This document shows, in pieces, positions 1-9,076 of a stretch of 64,000 bases of DNA. Under the pieces are notes generated by a model that searched no databases, was not told the DNA's origin, and worked only from the letters and a program-made list of their open reading frames with translations. Where the stretch lies: contig OZ245838.1 in assembly GCA_965228735.1 (NCBI GenBank), forward strand, positions 7,040,001 through 7,104,000, read 5' to 3'. This DNA comes from Planctomycetota bacterium (GTDB taxonomy: Bacteria; Planctomycetota; UBA1135; UBA2386). Within the stretch, counting starts at the first letter, position 1; each line of letters opens with the position of its first letter. Both the position numbers and the translations under genes were made by a program.

Positions 1-681
1 CTGCTCGGCGCCGCCATACTGATCGTTCCAGCCCTGGAACCAGACGAACCCTTCGATCCGCGCCTTCTTGCCGCGCAGCTTCGGGAACAGCTTGCCCATG
101 TCGTCGAGCGTCGCGTGGACCTCGTGGATCATCGCGCGGTAGTCCTTGCCGTACTCGGCCTTCAACTCGGCCATCGTCGGCGCCTTCTGCTTGCGTTTCT
201 CGGCGCGCTTGATGCGGTCTTCGAGTTCTTTGCCGAGCGCTTCGTCGTCGGGCAGCCCGGCCGACGGCGGTCGGAAGTCCTTCTTGATCGAGCGGCCGCC
301 CCACGCGGTCTTGATGAGCAGCACGGGACGCTTCATGCGGTCGCCGACGTAGTGGCCGAACGCGAGCTCGCAACCGGTGCGGTCCTTCGAGCCGTAGCCC
401 ATCGTGAGGTTGCCGTGCCGCCCGAGGAACTTGATGAACACGTCGTCGCGCTCGCGCCACGCCGAGTTGTCCTCGTTGCGGTAGGCGGCGAACGCGGCCT
501 TGGTCGCGGGAGCGGTCGCCTGGTGCTCGAGCAGCTTGTTCTGCGCCTTGCCTTCCATGTTGGACTGGCCGGCGAGGATGAAGACCGCGACGGTGTTCTG
601 CTGCGCGGTGAGCGGGAAACAGCAGAGTCCGGCAGCCAGAACGCCAAGGAGCGTCGCGATCGTTCGATCGAAGGTGGTCAT
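1..681 (-). CDS. Sialate O-acetylesterase (SASA/DUF303-like) carbohydrate esterase, partial (runs off the window start)
   Basis: Manual translation: MTTFDRTIATLLGVLAAG (signal peptide)...VFILAGQSNMEGK...LLIKTAWGGRS...GFVWFQGWND; GQSNM and WxQGxxD motifs. Confidence 0.85.
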   Translation of the reverse strand, partial: MTTFDRTIATLLGVLAAGLCCFPLTAQQNTVAVFILAGQSNMEGKAQNKLLEHQATAPATKAAFAAYRNEDNSAWRERDDVFIKFLGRHGNLTMGYGSKDRTGCELAFGHYVGDRMKRPVLLIKTAWGGRSIKKDFRPPSAGLPDDEALGKELEDRIKRAEKRKQKAPTMAELKAEYGKDYRAMIHEVHATLDDMGKLFPKLRGKKARIEGFVWFQGWNDQYGGAEQ

Positions 682-767
682 GGAGTTTGCTCGAGAAGGT
701 GCATTCGTGGGGGAGTCCATACGTCGAGTCATCATCACGTCGAAGCTCTGTCGCGCGGCCGACTCGG

Positions 768-2120
768 TCAGCGATGCTCGGGCGCGATCGCGATCGGGTG
801 CTCGGGCATCGACGCGAGTGCTTTGGCGAGCTTCCGGCGCTGAGCGCGCGTCCGGTCGTCGTCGGCATCGACCGGCAGCGGTGACTCCTCCTCCGGGTCG
901 GTCGTCAGGTCGAACAGCCGGCCGTCGCCGTAGAGCTTGTGCGTGTGGTCGCGCGCGAACCGGCCGCGCGCGAACTTCTGCCGTTCGGGCCGCGGGTTGT
1001 AGTAGCAGAACAGCCACTCGCGTTCCTCGGCGCGCCCGCCGGTCAGCTGCGGGAAGAACGACACGCCGTCGAGCGGCAGGCCGTCCGGCGGGGGCAGCTC
1101 GGCGGCCGCGAGCAGCGTCACGAAGAAGTCGGTGAAGTCGACGAGCGCATCGCACGTCGCGCCCCGTGGCACGGTGCCGGGCCAGCGCGCGATCAGGGGC
1201 ACGTGGGTGCCGCGATCGTTCGGCAGGCCCTTGCCGCCCCGCACCTCCTTGCCGTTCTGCCGGGAACGGATCTGGCGGCCCGTGCCGTTGTCACTCGTGA
1301 ACATGACGAGCGTGCGTTCGCGGCCGCCGTGCTCGTCGACCGTGTCGACGATGCGACCGACGAGCTCGTCCATCCGCGTCATCATCTGCGCGAAGCGGGC
1401 CTGCCGGCCGGCCTTGCCCTGCGGGGTCGCGGGGGCGCCCGGCGGCGACTCGTACGGGGAGTGCACGAGCGCCATCGGGAAGTAGAGCAGGTACGGCTTG
1501 CCCGCTTTCCGCTGGCGCTCGATGAACTCGACGGCGTGGTCGACGAACCGATCGGGGCCGTAGCCGGCCGGCTCCTGCTCGAGATACGTCCCGTCCCGCA
1601 CGAGCAGCGGGTTGCCGTAGCGCGAGCCGATACGGTCGACCTGCCACAGGCAGTGCGAGTCGAACCCGGCGGCGGCCGGCGTCGTGCCCGCGCCCTTGCC
1701 GAGCAGCTCCTGGCGCGAGCCGTAGAGCTGCCATTTGCCGACGACACACGTTGCGTAGCCCGCGTCCTGCAGCACGTTCGCGAACGTGACGCTGCCCTGC
1801 GGCAGAATGCCGAACGACACGTAGTTTCGGATGTTGCTCTGCCCCGTCATGATCTTGACGCGGCTCGGGGTGCAGAGCGGCTGCGAGTGGCAGTGAAGGA
1901 AGCGCATGCCTTCCGCGGCGAGCGCGTCGAGGCGCGGCGTGTCGTAGCTCTCGCCGCCGTAGGTCGAGAACGCTTCCACCCCGGCGTCGTCGGCCATGAT
2001 GAGGATCAGGTCGGGACGGGATCGATCCGGCGCGGTGTCGGCTCCGGTGCTCTGCGCGGTCACGGTCGCCGCGAAGAGCAAGGGGAGCAGCTGGCTGCGG
2101 CCGAGGTGCGGGAGTGGCAT
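768..2120 (-). CDS. Arylsulfatase-family sulfatase, secreted
   Basis: PDLILIMADD, LCTPSR formylglycine motif, GKWQL, FTSDNG, GGKG; start set at MPLPHLG, which has TAGGAT 7 nt upstream. Confidence 0.92.
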   Translation of the reverse strand: MPLPHLGRSQLLPLLFAATVTAQSTGADTAPDRSRPDLILIMADDAGVEAFSTYGGESYDTPRLDALAAEGMRFLHCHSQPLCTPSRVKIMTGQSNIRNYVSFGILPQGSVTFANVLQDAGYATCVVGKWQLYGSRQELLGKGAGTTPAAAGFDSHCLWQVDRIGSRYGNPLLVRDGTYLEQEPAGYGPDRFVDHAVEFIERQRKAGKPYLLYFPMALVHSPYESPPGAPATPQGKAGRQARFAQMMTRMDELVGRIVDTVDEHGGRERTLVMFTSDNGTGRQIRSRQNGKEVRGGKGLPNDRGTHVPLIARWPGTVPRGATCDALVDFTDFFVTLLAAAELPPPDGLPLDGVSFFPQLTGGRAEEREWLFCYYNPRPERQKFARGRFARDHTHKLYGDGRLFDLTTDPEEESPLPVDADDDRTRAQRRKLAKALASMPEHPIAIAPEHR

Positions 2121-2154
2121 GGCTCGCATCCTACCCCGGCGCGCGCGATGTCCT

Positions 2155-4056
2155 CTATCGCGCCTGGCGCGGCGCCGGCTTGCCGCGCTGATAGGCATTC
2201 CAGATCGCGTCGAGCCGATCGCGCGTCGCCTCGGCGATCGTCGCGAGCTCGCGCTTGCCGCGGTGGCGCCAATAACCCGCGATCTGGCGGGCTGCCGTGC
2301 GATAGTCGTGCAGCACACCCATCGCGCAGAGGTCGTGCTGCAGGAACGGATGCTCGAGCCAGCCGTCCGCCAGCTCGAACGGGGCGGGATCGGGCGGCGG
2401 CGGCCCGATCGCGAACAGCATTCCGGTGGGCGAGACCGCGCCGCCGTCGACGAGTTTGGCCGAGAGCAGGAATGCCACGGTCGTGCGGTCACACAACACG
2501 GTGCGGTTGTCGCGGCGTGCCCACTGCACCGCGGCGTCGAGCAGCGCCCGGTAGGTTCGGAGCTGCGCCTCGCTGTCGAGCGTGAACCAGTCCGTGTAGA
2601 CGTAGTCCGGGTCGACGGCGGCAATCGCCGCGAGGAACGCGTCGTATTCCTGTGCCACTGCGCCGTGCAACTCCGGCCACTGCCGCGGGAACAGACCCTT
2701 GTGCGGACCCTTGAAGCTCGCCGGCACGATGACGAGGTCGCTGCGGTAGTCCCGTTCTTCGATCGCGAGGCGCGTGAGGGTCTGCAGCTCCCAGCTGCTC
2801 AGCAGCACGAGCGCGCGGTCCGGACACGAGCGCGACACGTCCTCGAGCACCGCGGTGCCCGCGCGATACCCGCGGCGGCTGCCGGCGTCGCAGTTGATCG
2901 CGACGAGCAGCGCGAGAGCGGCGGCGGCAGCGGCGCCGGCGGCAGCGCGTCGCCACGCGAACAGCTCGTTCAAACCGATCGCCGCGAGCACGGTGAGCAC
3001 GCCGAGCGCGGGCAGCAGCGTCGCGTCCATGTTGGCGGTGTGCATCCGCAGCAGCTGCAGCAGCGCGAGGACGGCCGGGTAGCGGAGCGCGAGCCCGAGC
3101 ACGTAGCGCGCGCGCCGCCAGGCGACCCGGACTCCGAACGCGGCCGCGATCCAGAACGGTCCGAGATGCCACAGGAGCACCTCACCGAGCACGCGTGCGC
3201 GGCCCGCGTAGTCGACGCCGGCTTGCATCAGCGAGTCCCGGAAGAAACCGCCGCTGAGGTGATGCCAGAGCCGGCTCGGCGAGTCGGGCTGGCCGAACAG
3301 CAGCGCGGCGTCGTCAGCGGCGGTGACAGCGCTCGTCGCGAGCAGCAGCCAGGACAGCAGCATGATCCCGGTCGCGATCGCGAACGCCGGCAGCAGCGCG
3401 CGGATGGCGTCGATCAGCGTCACTCCGCGCAAACCCGCGGCGACGACGACGAGGAACGGGACCATGAGCACCATTGACACGTGGTGGTTGCCGAGCCCGA
3501 CGCCGATGCCGAGGCCGAGCAGCAGTTGCGTCCGCATGCTCTTGCCCGGTCGGACGACGCCGTGCAGTGCGAGAGCCGCCGCGCAGAACTGCAGCGCGTA
3601 GACCTCGGCCGAGTTGCTCCACTGCCACATCGTGGCGCCGAACGCCCCGGCGAGCGCCGCCAAGGCGGCCGCGTCGCGCGCTCGTTCCTGTCGTTCCACG
3701 TCGGCGAACACGCGCCGCAGCAAGGTCGCGATCGCGCGGTAGAGGACCACGCTGCCGGCCGCGGCGAACACCGCGTTCAGGGCGCTGACGGCCACGTACG
3801 AGCCCAGGCCGCCGGAGCCCAGCCCGCCCGCCACCGTCAGCCAGAGCGCGGCGGCCGCGACGAAGAGCGTCCCGCCCGGTGGGTGGGCCGGGCTCCAGTC
3901 CCGTGCGCACAGCGCGAACTCGGCCGCGTCGTCGAACGCCACGTCCGCACTCGCCGTCAGCAGATAGACCACGAGCGGAACGACCCCGACGATCACATCA
4001 CGCCATGGCAGGCGGGCTGGCCACTCGGGGCCTGAGCGATCGGGGGCAGCGGGCAC
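2155..4056 (-). CDS. DUF2723/TMEM260-like multi-pass GT-C glycosyltransferase (putative protein O-mannosyltransferase)
   Basis: DDAAEF...HPPG, W.WSNSAEVYAL and LGNHH motifs; many TM helices. Confidence 0.75.
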   Translation of the reverse strand: MPAAPDRSGPEWPARLPWRDVIVGVVPLVVYLLTASADVAFDDAAEFALCARDWSPAHPPGGTLFVAAAALWLTVAGGLGSGGLGSYVAVSALNAVFAAAGSVVLYRAIATLLRRVFADVERQERARDAAALAALAGAFGATMWQWSNSAEVYALQFCAAALALHGVVRPGKSMRTQLLLGLGIGVGLGNHHVSMVLMVPFLVVVAAGLRGVTLIDAIRALLPAFAIATGIMLLSWLLLATSAVTAADDAALLFGQPDSPSRLWHHLSGGFFRDSLMQAGVDYAGRARVLGEVLLWHLGPFWIAAAFGVRVAWRRARYVLGLALRYPAVLALLQLLRMHTANMDATLLPALGVLTVLAAIGLNELFAWRRAAAGAAAAAALALLVAINCDAGSRRGYRAGTAVLEDVSRSCPDRALVLLSSWELQTLTRLAIEERDYRSDLVIVPASFKGPHKGLFPRQWPELHGAVAQEYDAFLAAIAAVDPDYVYTDWFTLDSEAQLRTYRALLDAAVQWARRDNRTVLCDRTTVAFLLSAKLVDGGAVSPTGMLFAIGPPPPDPAPFELADGWLEHPFLQHDLCAMGVLHDYRTAARQIAGYWRHRGKRELATIAEATRDRLDAIWNAYQRGKPAPRQAR

Positions 4057-4108
4057 CGCCGGATGCTACCGGCGTCGGTGGAGCGTGCGATCGGTGTTTC
4101 GCCCGCCG

Positions 4109-4618
4109 TCACTCGGAGAACGTCACACCGACGAACGTCGTCTCCGTCGCCGCGGGTTCGCCGAGCCGCGCCGCGAGCGCGGCCAGCAGTTCTCGTTGGC
4201 GGGTGAACATCGCGAGCTTGAGGCTGCGACGCGAGCGATCCGCGCGTTCGAGCAGCAGCGTGAGATGGCGGTAGCCGCGGTTCTGCTCGTGCCCCGAGCC
4301 CCAGCGCCGGACGTCCTGCAGGGGGATCGCCTCGGTCCGCGTCACGAAACCGAGCCGCGGGCAGATCAAGTGATCGGACGTCAGCTGGACCTTCGCGTTC
4401 TTCCACGTCGTGATCGCGAACGGCTGCACGAGGGCCCCGACCGCGACCGCGACCCAGCGCTCGACATCGGTGCCGTCCGTGACGACGGTGCCGCGCGGCA
4501 CGAGTCCCGCGAGCTCGACGCCGCAGAGGACCGCGGCGACGGCGCCGATACCGCCGAGCATCAGCAGCGGGATCCGCCAGCTCCACTGCATCGTGCAAAC
4601 CACTGTCGTGTCGGCCAT
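4109..4618 (-). CDS. Hypothetical membrane protein (2 TM plus a PH-like soluble domain)
   Basis: MADTTVVCTMQWSWRIPLLMLGG...; TACCGT 6 nt upstream of the ATG. Confidence 0.6.
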   Translation of the reverse strand: MADTTVVCTMQWSWRIPLLMLGGIGAVAAVLCGVELAGLVPRGTVVTDGTDVERWVAVAVGALVQPFAITTWKNAKVQLTSDHLICPRLGFVTRTEAIPLQDVRRWGSGHEQNRGYRHLTLLLERADRSRRSLKLAMFTRQRELLAALAARLGEPAATETTFVGVTFSE

Positions 4619-4694
4619 AGGGGCACGGTAGCCGGCCGCGTGCCGGTCCTGCTGACCGCGGAATCGTTCCCGGTTGCGGGTGGGGCGCGAAAAT

Positions 4695-4713
4695 CTCCGA
4701 CAGATTGTAGGAG
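4695..4713. promoter_or_regulatory. Putative BlaI/CopY-type operator
   Basis: Imperfect palindrome CTCCGACA-gat-TGTAGGAG (7/8 arms) just upstream of the blaI-like gene; resembles TACA..TGTA boxes. Confidence 0.5.
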
Positions 4714-4735
4714 GTTCGGGCGACGATGGAGCGCG

Positions 4736-5146
4736 ATGACGCCACGGCCCAATCGTTCCACCAGCAAGTCCGCGATCACCGACGCCGAGCTCACGGTGCT
4801 CAAGGCCCTGTGGGACGACGGTCCCGGCACGGTCCGCGAGCTGCGCGAACGGCTCGGCACCGACTGGGCGTACACGACGGTGCAGACGTTGTTGTCGCGC
4901 CTCGAGGACAAGGGGCACGTCAAGGCCAACCGGCGGGGGCATGCGCACGTGTTCTCCGCGGTCGTCGCGCGCGACGAACTTGCCGAGCGCCACGTCGACG
5001 AGGTCGCGGATTCGCTGCTCGATGGGGCGGTCGCGCCGCTCGTCCTGCGGCTCGTCGAGCGCGGCGACTTCTCCAGCGCCGACATCGCCCGTTTCCGCAA
5101 GCTGCTGAAGGCCGCCGAACGCAAGAACGAGAAGGAGGACACGTGA
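4736..5146 (+). CDS. BlaI/MecI/CopY family transcriptional repressor
   Basis: ITDAELTVLKALW...WAYTTVQTLLSRLEDKGHV signature. Confidence 0.93.
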   Translation: MTPRPNRSTSKSAITDAELTVLKALWDDGPGTVRELRERLGTDWAYTTVQTLLSRLEDKGHVKANRRGHAHVFSAVVARDELAERHVDEVADSLLDGAVAPLVLRLVERGDFSSADIARFRKLLKAAERKNEKEDT

Positions 5147-7200
5147 CCTGGCTGCTCGTCAACACGGTGATCGCGGCGGTGCTCGCCCTAGTCGTCCTCG
5201 CGATCGGTCGGTTCGTCCGCCCCGCGCCGACGGTCGTGCACGGGTTGTGGCTGCTCGTGCTGCTCGAGCTCGTCGTGCCGCCGGTGTTCACGGTGGAGTT
5301 GCCGACGGGGTGGTTCGGCGATGGCGCCGAGGAACGAGTGGCGAGCGCCGAAGCCACGAACGTCGTCGTCCCGATCGAACGCACCCCGAGCGGCGCGCTC
5401 GAGCTCAAAGCACCCGCCGCCGAGGTCGCGGCGCTGACCGCGTTCGCGCGTTCTGCTCCCCGCACCCAAGAGAACGGCGCCAGTACGGATGCCAGCTCCG
5501 GCGCCGCGGCCGGGTCGCCGGCGGAGTCCCGCGAGAGATCCTCGGCAGAGCCCCAGCCAACCGTCCTCGAACCCGAAGCGACGGCGTCGCCCGGGCTGGA
5601 CTGGATGCTCTGGATCACGGTCGCCTGGGGTGTCGGGGGTGCCGCCGTGCTGCTGCGCATCGTCATCGCGGCGTGGCGCGGCCACCGCCGACTCAGAGCG
5701 CTCGGCGTCGTCACTCCGACCGTCGAACGTGAGGTCGAGGACATCGCGCGCCGCCTCGGCGTGCGCGTGCCGCAGCTGCTCGACGATCCGACGGCGCCGT
5801 CGCCCTACGTCTGGGGCCTGGGGTCGCCGCGCCTCGTGTTGCCCGTTTCGGCCCTGCGCGGCTGCAGCAGCAAGGGCCGCGCGGCCGTGATCGCGCACGA
5901 ACTCAGCCACCTTCGGCGCCGGGACCACTGGGTCGCGCACCTCGAGCTCGCGCTCGGCGTCGTGCTCTGGTGGCACCCGTTGTTCTGGTTCGCGCGCGAT
6001 CAGCTGCGGCTCTGGGCCGAGCTCGCCTGCGACGCGGCCGCCGTCACCCACATGCCGGACGCGGCGATCGACTACGCCACCGTGCTCGTCGACGCAGCGG
6101 CCCGTCCCGTCCACGAGACCCCGGGTCTGGCCGTCCTCGCAGCGAGGCCGGCGGCGCGGGTCGCATTCGAAAGAAGGTTGAACATGATTCTCAACAACAA
6201 GTTCTCGCGGCGCGTCTCGCCGCTGTGGTGCGTGCCGTTCGCGGCCCTCGCCTGCGGTCTGTTCGCCGCGCCCGCCGTTGCCCAGGGCAAGGGCAGGGCC
6301 GAAGAGGTCAAGATCGAGATCCGCATCAACGGCGAACGCGTCGACGACATGTCGGCGGCCGATCGCCGCGCGCTGCTGAAGCTGCTGCTCAAGCAGGACG
6401 CCAAGAAGAGTGCGCGCTCCGAAACGCGCCCCGAGCCGCGCCCCGAGCCGCGCCCCGAGCCACGCCCCGAGCCGCGTCGTCCGGGCCGGGCCGAAGCCGA
6501 GCTGCAGGCCGAGATGCAGAAGCTCGAGAAGAAGCTCGCGCGGCTGAAGCGCGGTGCGAAGCCCGGCCGCACGGGCATCGGCCTCGGCGACCTCCAGGAG
6601 CTCCGCGGTCTCGGTGGCGAGGTCGGCACCATGCTGCGCCAAGGCCTCGACGAGGCGCGTCGCGAGATCAGCAAGGACGAGGACCTGCGAGAGCTCGGCA
6701 TCACCGACGAGGTGCTCGACCTGCTCGACGACGTGGCCGCCGGCCGCGGGATCGAGTCCGGTCTCGACGACGTCATTCGCGCCGCGATGAAGGGTGCTGG
6801 TTCGATGGTGATCAAGGAGCTGAACGAGGACGAGGACCTGCGGAAGCTCGGCATCGCGGACGGCATCGGCGAGCTCGTCATCGGGTTCCTGAACAACGAG
6901 CGCAACCAGGACATGATCGGTGAGCTCGCCAACAAGGCGCTGCACAACGCGATCAAGGAAGCCAAGCAGGAGATCCGTTCCGACAAGGACCTGCAGGAGC
7001 TCGGCATCGCGGGCGACGTCGAGAACCTCATCGACGCGGCCGTCAAGGGCGGCGGCGACTTCGAGGGCAGCCTCGAGCGCCTCATCCAGAAGGCGACCAG
7101 CTCCGCCATGGAGATGGCCGAGCGCGAGATGGAGCAGGAGCTGCGGCGCGAGAAGGCGAAGGCGAAGCCGAGCCGCCGGTCGCAGCGCGTGATCCGCTGA
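5143..7200 (+). CDS. BlaR1-like peptidase M56 sensor with a repetitive helical C-terminal domain
   Basis: GTGA overlap with blaI; LWLLVLL..PP, HELSHLRRRDHW, WWHPL, ELACD motifs. Confidence 0.9.
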   Translation: MTWLLVNTVIAAVLALVVLAIGRFVRPAPTVVHGLWLLVLLELVVPPVFTVELPTGWFGDGAEERVASAEATNVVVPIERTPSGALELKAPAAEVAALTAFARSAPRTQENGASTDASSGAAAGSPAESRERSSAEPQPTVLEPEATASPGLDWMLWITVAWGVGGAAVLLRIVIAAWRGHRRLRALGVVTPTVEREVEDIARRLGVRVPQLLDDPTAPSPYVWGLGSPRLVLPVSALRGCSSKGRAAVIAHELSHLRRRDHWVAHLELALGVVLWWHPLFWFARDQLRLWAELACDAAAVTHMPDAAIDYATVLVDAAARPVHETPGLAVLAARPAARVAFERRLNMILNNKFSRRVSPLWCVPFAALACGLFAAPAVAQGKGRAEEVKIEIRINGERVDDMSAADRRALLKLLLKQDAKKSARSETRPEPRPEPRPEPRPEPRRPGRAEAELQAEMQKLEKKLARLKRGAKPGRTGIGLGDLQELRGLGGEVGTMLRQGLDEARREISKDEDLRELGITDEVLDLLDDVAAGRGIESGLDDVIRAAMKGAGSMVIKELNEDEDLRKLGIADGIGELVIGFLNNERNQDMIGELANKALHNAIKEAKQEIRSDKDLQELGIAGDVENLIDAAVKGGGDFEGSLERLIQKATSSAMEMAEREMEQELRREKAKAKPSRRSQRVIR
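6427..6474 (+). repeat. 12-bp coding tandem repeat x4 (RPEP)
   Basis: cgccccgagcc[g/a] repeated four times inside the M56 gene. Confidence 0.9.
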
Positions 7201-7216
7201 GGATCAAGTGCTGTGC

Positions 7217-7239
7217 GGTCGGGGCTCGATGCCCCGACC
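7217..7239. promoter_or_regulatory. GC-rich hairpin abutting the LEA gene start codon
   Basis: ggtcggggc-tcgat-gccccgacc, 9-bp stem ending immediately before ATG 7240. Confidence 0.4.
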
Positions 7240-8064
7240 ATGTGCCGTTCTCGACTCCTCGTCCTGGCCGCTTCCTTGGCGGCCATCCCGTTGGCTGGCT
7301 GCGCGTCCGGACCGGTCGTGCCCAAGCCGCCGTCGGTCCGCGCGCAGCTGCGGTCCAAGGTGATCACGCCGGAGTACATCGACTTCGTCGGCACGGTCGT
7401 GATCGAGAACCGCATGCGCGCCGACCTCGACATGCAACAGGTCGACTACGGTGCCGAGCTGCACGACGCCCCGCTGTGGGAGAAGTCGTTCGATGGCCTG
7501 CACCGGATGCGCCCCTGGGGCACGCAGACGGTCACGTTGCCGTTCCGCGTGCCTATGCAGGACATCAGCAGCCAGGTCGAGGACGTGCTCGCGGAAGAAT
7601 CCGTGCGAGTGCGCCTGACCGGCACCGTCGTGCCGGTCGGCTGGCAGCCGATCGCGTTCGCCGCGACCAAGGTCATCCCCGTGCCGCGGCCACCGAAGAT
7701 CGCGTTCGCCGGCACCGAGGGCGACCCGCTCGACGGCGAGTTCACGGTCTTCCTCGACGTGCAGAACGAGAACGAGTTTCCGATCTCGTGCGGCGCGATG
7801 CAGACCTGGTTGAAGCTCAACGGCAAGCGCTACGACCTCCTGCGCACCGAGGAGTTCAGCGAACTCGGCACGGGCGAACGCGGCCGCGTGGCCCTGACGA
7901 TGCGGCGCACGCGTGGCAAGGGCATCAGCATGATCGTCAACGTGCTGAAGAACCGCGCCGTCGACCTTCGCCTCGGCGGCGCGATGTCGTTCCGGTCGCC
8001 ACACGGTCTCTTCCACCTGCCCGTGGAGGTCGGCCCCGACGGCTTCGCGTCGCCGCCGCGATAG
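7240..8064 (+). CDS. LEA type 2 (WHy) domain lipoprotein, two domains
   Basis: Lipobox LAGC; VIENRM..DL and VQNENEFPI N-x-N motifs. Confidence 0.75.
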   Translation: MCRSRLLVLAASLAAIPLAGCASGPVVPKPPSVRAQLRSKVITPEYIDFVGTVVIENRMRADLDMQQVDYGAELHDAPLWEKSFDGLHRMRPWGTQTVTLPFRVPMQDISSQVEDVLAEESVRVRLTGTVVPVGWQPIAFAATKVIPVPRPPKIAFAGTEGDPLDGEFTVFLDVQNENEFPISCGAMQTWLKLNGKRYDLLRTEEFSELGTGERGRVALTMRRTRGKGISMIVNVLKNRAVDLRLGGAMSFRSPHGLFHLPVEVGPDGFASPPR

Positions 8065-8116
8065 CGCGCGCCGGCTCTGGCCGTGCAGCCCGGGCGACGC
8101 GGGCTACCATCGTGAC

Positions 8117-8887
8117 ATGGTGCTCGACTGGCTGCTCGCTCCGCTCCGCCACCGGCGCCGGCGCGCGCTGCTCGAGGAGCCGTTCCCGGCCGAGTGGGAG
8201 TCCGTGCTGCAGGGGCTGCCGTTCTTCCGGGCCCTCGACGAACGCGGCCAGCAGCGCGTGCGCGACGACCTGCGCGTCATCATCGCAGAGAAGGAGTGGG
8301 AGGGCTGCGGCGGGCTCGAGCTCACGGACACGATCCGGGTGACGATTGCCGCGCAGGCGAGCCTGCTGCTGCTCAACATCGAGCACGAGTACTACGCGAC
8401 GGTCGCTCGCATCCTCGTCTATCCGAGCGCGTACCGGACTGCGCCGAGCACCGACGCGTTGGGCATCGTGCACGAGGGGCAGGTCAACCTCGGCGAGGCG
8501 TGGCGCCGCGGGCCCGTCGTGCTGTCGTGGGATGCGGCGCGAGGCGGCGCACTCGACCCGGACGACGGCCACAATCTCGTGCTGCACGAGTTCGCGCACA
8601 AGCTCGACATGCTCGATGGCACCGCGGACGGCACGCCGCCGCTCGCCGGACGCGAGGAGCTGGCCGAATGGGGCGCGACGATGACGCGCGAGTTCGAGGC
8701 GCTGCGCCGCGACGCGGAGACCGGCCGGGTGCGCGTGCTCGATCACTACGGCGCGACCAACCCGGCGGAGTTCTTCGCGGTCGCGACGGAGTGCTTCTTC
8801 GAGAAGGCCGAGGCGCTGCGGTCGGAGCATCCGGCGCTCTACGAGCAGCTGCGCGGCTACTACCAGCAGGATCCGGCCGCGCGCTGA
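8117..8887 (+). CDS. mtfA: Zinc-dependent peptidase M90 (MtfA family)
   Basis: GEAW..GPVVLSW, NLVLHEFAHKLD, YGATNPAEFFAVATECFFE. Confidence 0.9.
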   Translation: MVLDWLLAPLRHRRRRALLEEPFPAEWESVLQGLPFFRALDERGQQRVRDDLRVIIAEKEWEGCGGLELTDTIRVTIAAQASLLLLNIEHEYYATVARILVYPSAYRTAPSTDALGIVHEGQVNLGEAWRRGPVVLSWDAARGGALDPDDGHNLVLHEFAHKLDMLDGTADGTPPLAGREELAEWGATMTREFEALRRDAETGRVRVLDHYGATNPAEFFAVATECFFEKAEALRSEHPALYEQLRGYYQQDPAAR

Positions 8888-9076
8888 CGCGGGTTGGCGA
8901 GCGAACCTGCCATGGGGTCGGGCCGGCGGCCGAACGTCGCAAGGCTCGGAACGGCGGCGCCGGGATGCGGCTCGCCGTAGGCCGAAGGTGCCGGCTCCGG
9001 GATCCGGCCGGACCCGCGCAGGCCCACGTCGACGCCGGTTCCCGCTGCCGCTCCGGCGAGGTACCCTGTTTTCGTC

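Noticed and set aside
7198..7242. The BlaR1-like TGA is in frame with the LEA lipoprotein gene and is followed by a hairpin, so Sec read-through was considered
   Set aside because: No nearby Cys or redox motif, the loop (UCGAU) lacks GGU, and the downstream gene has its own ATG and lipoprotein signal peptide.
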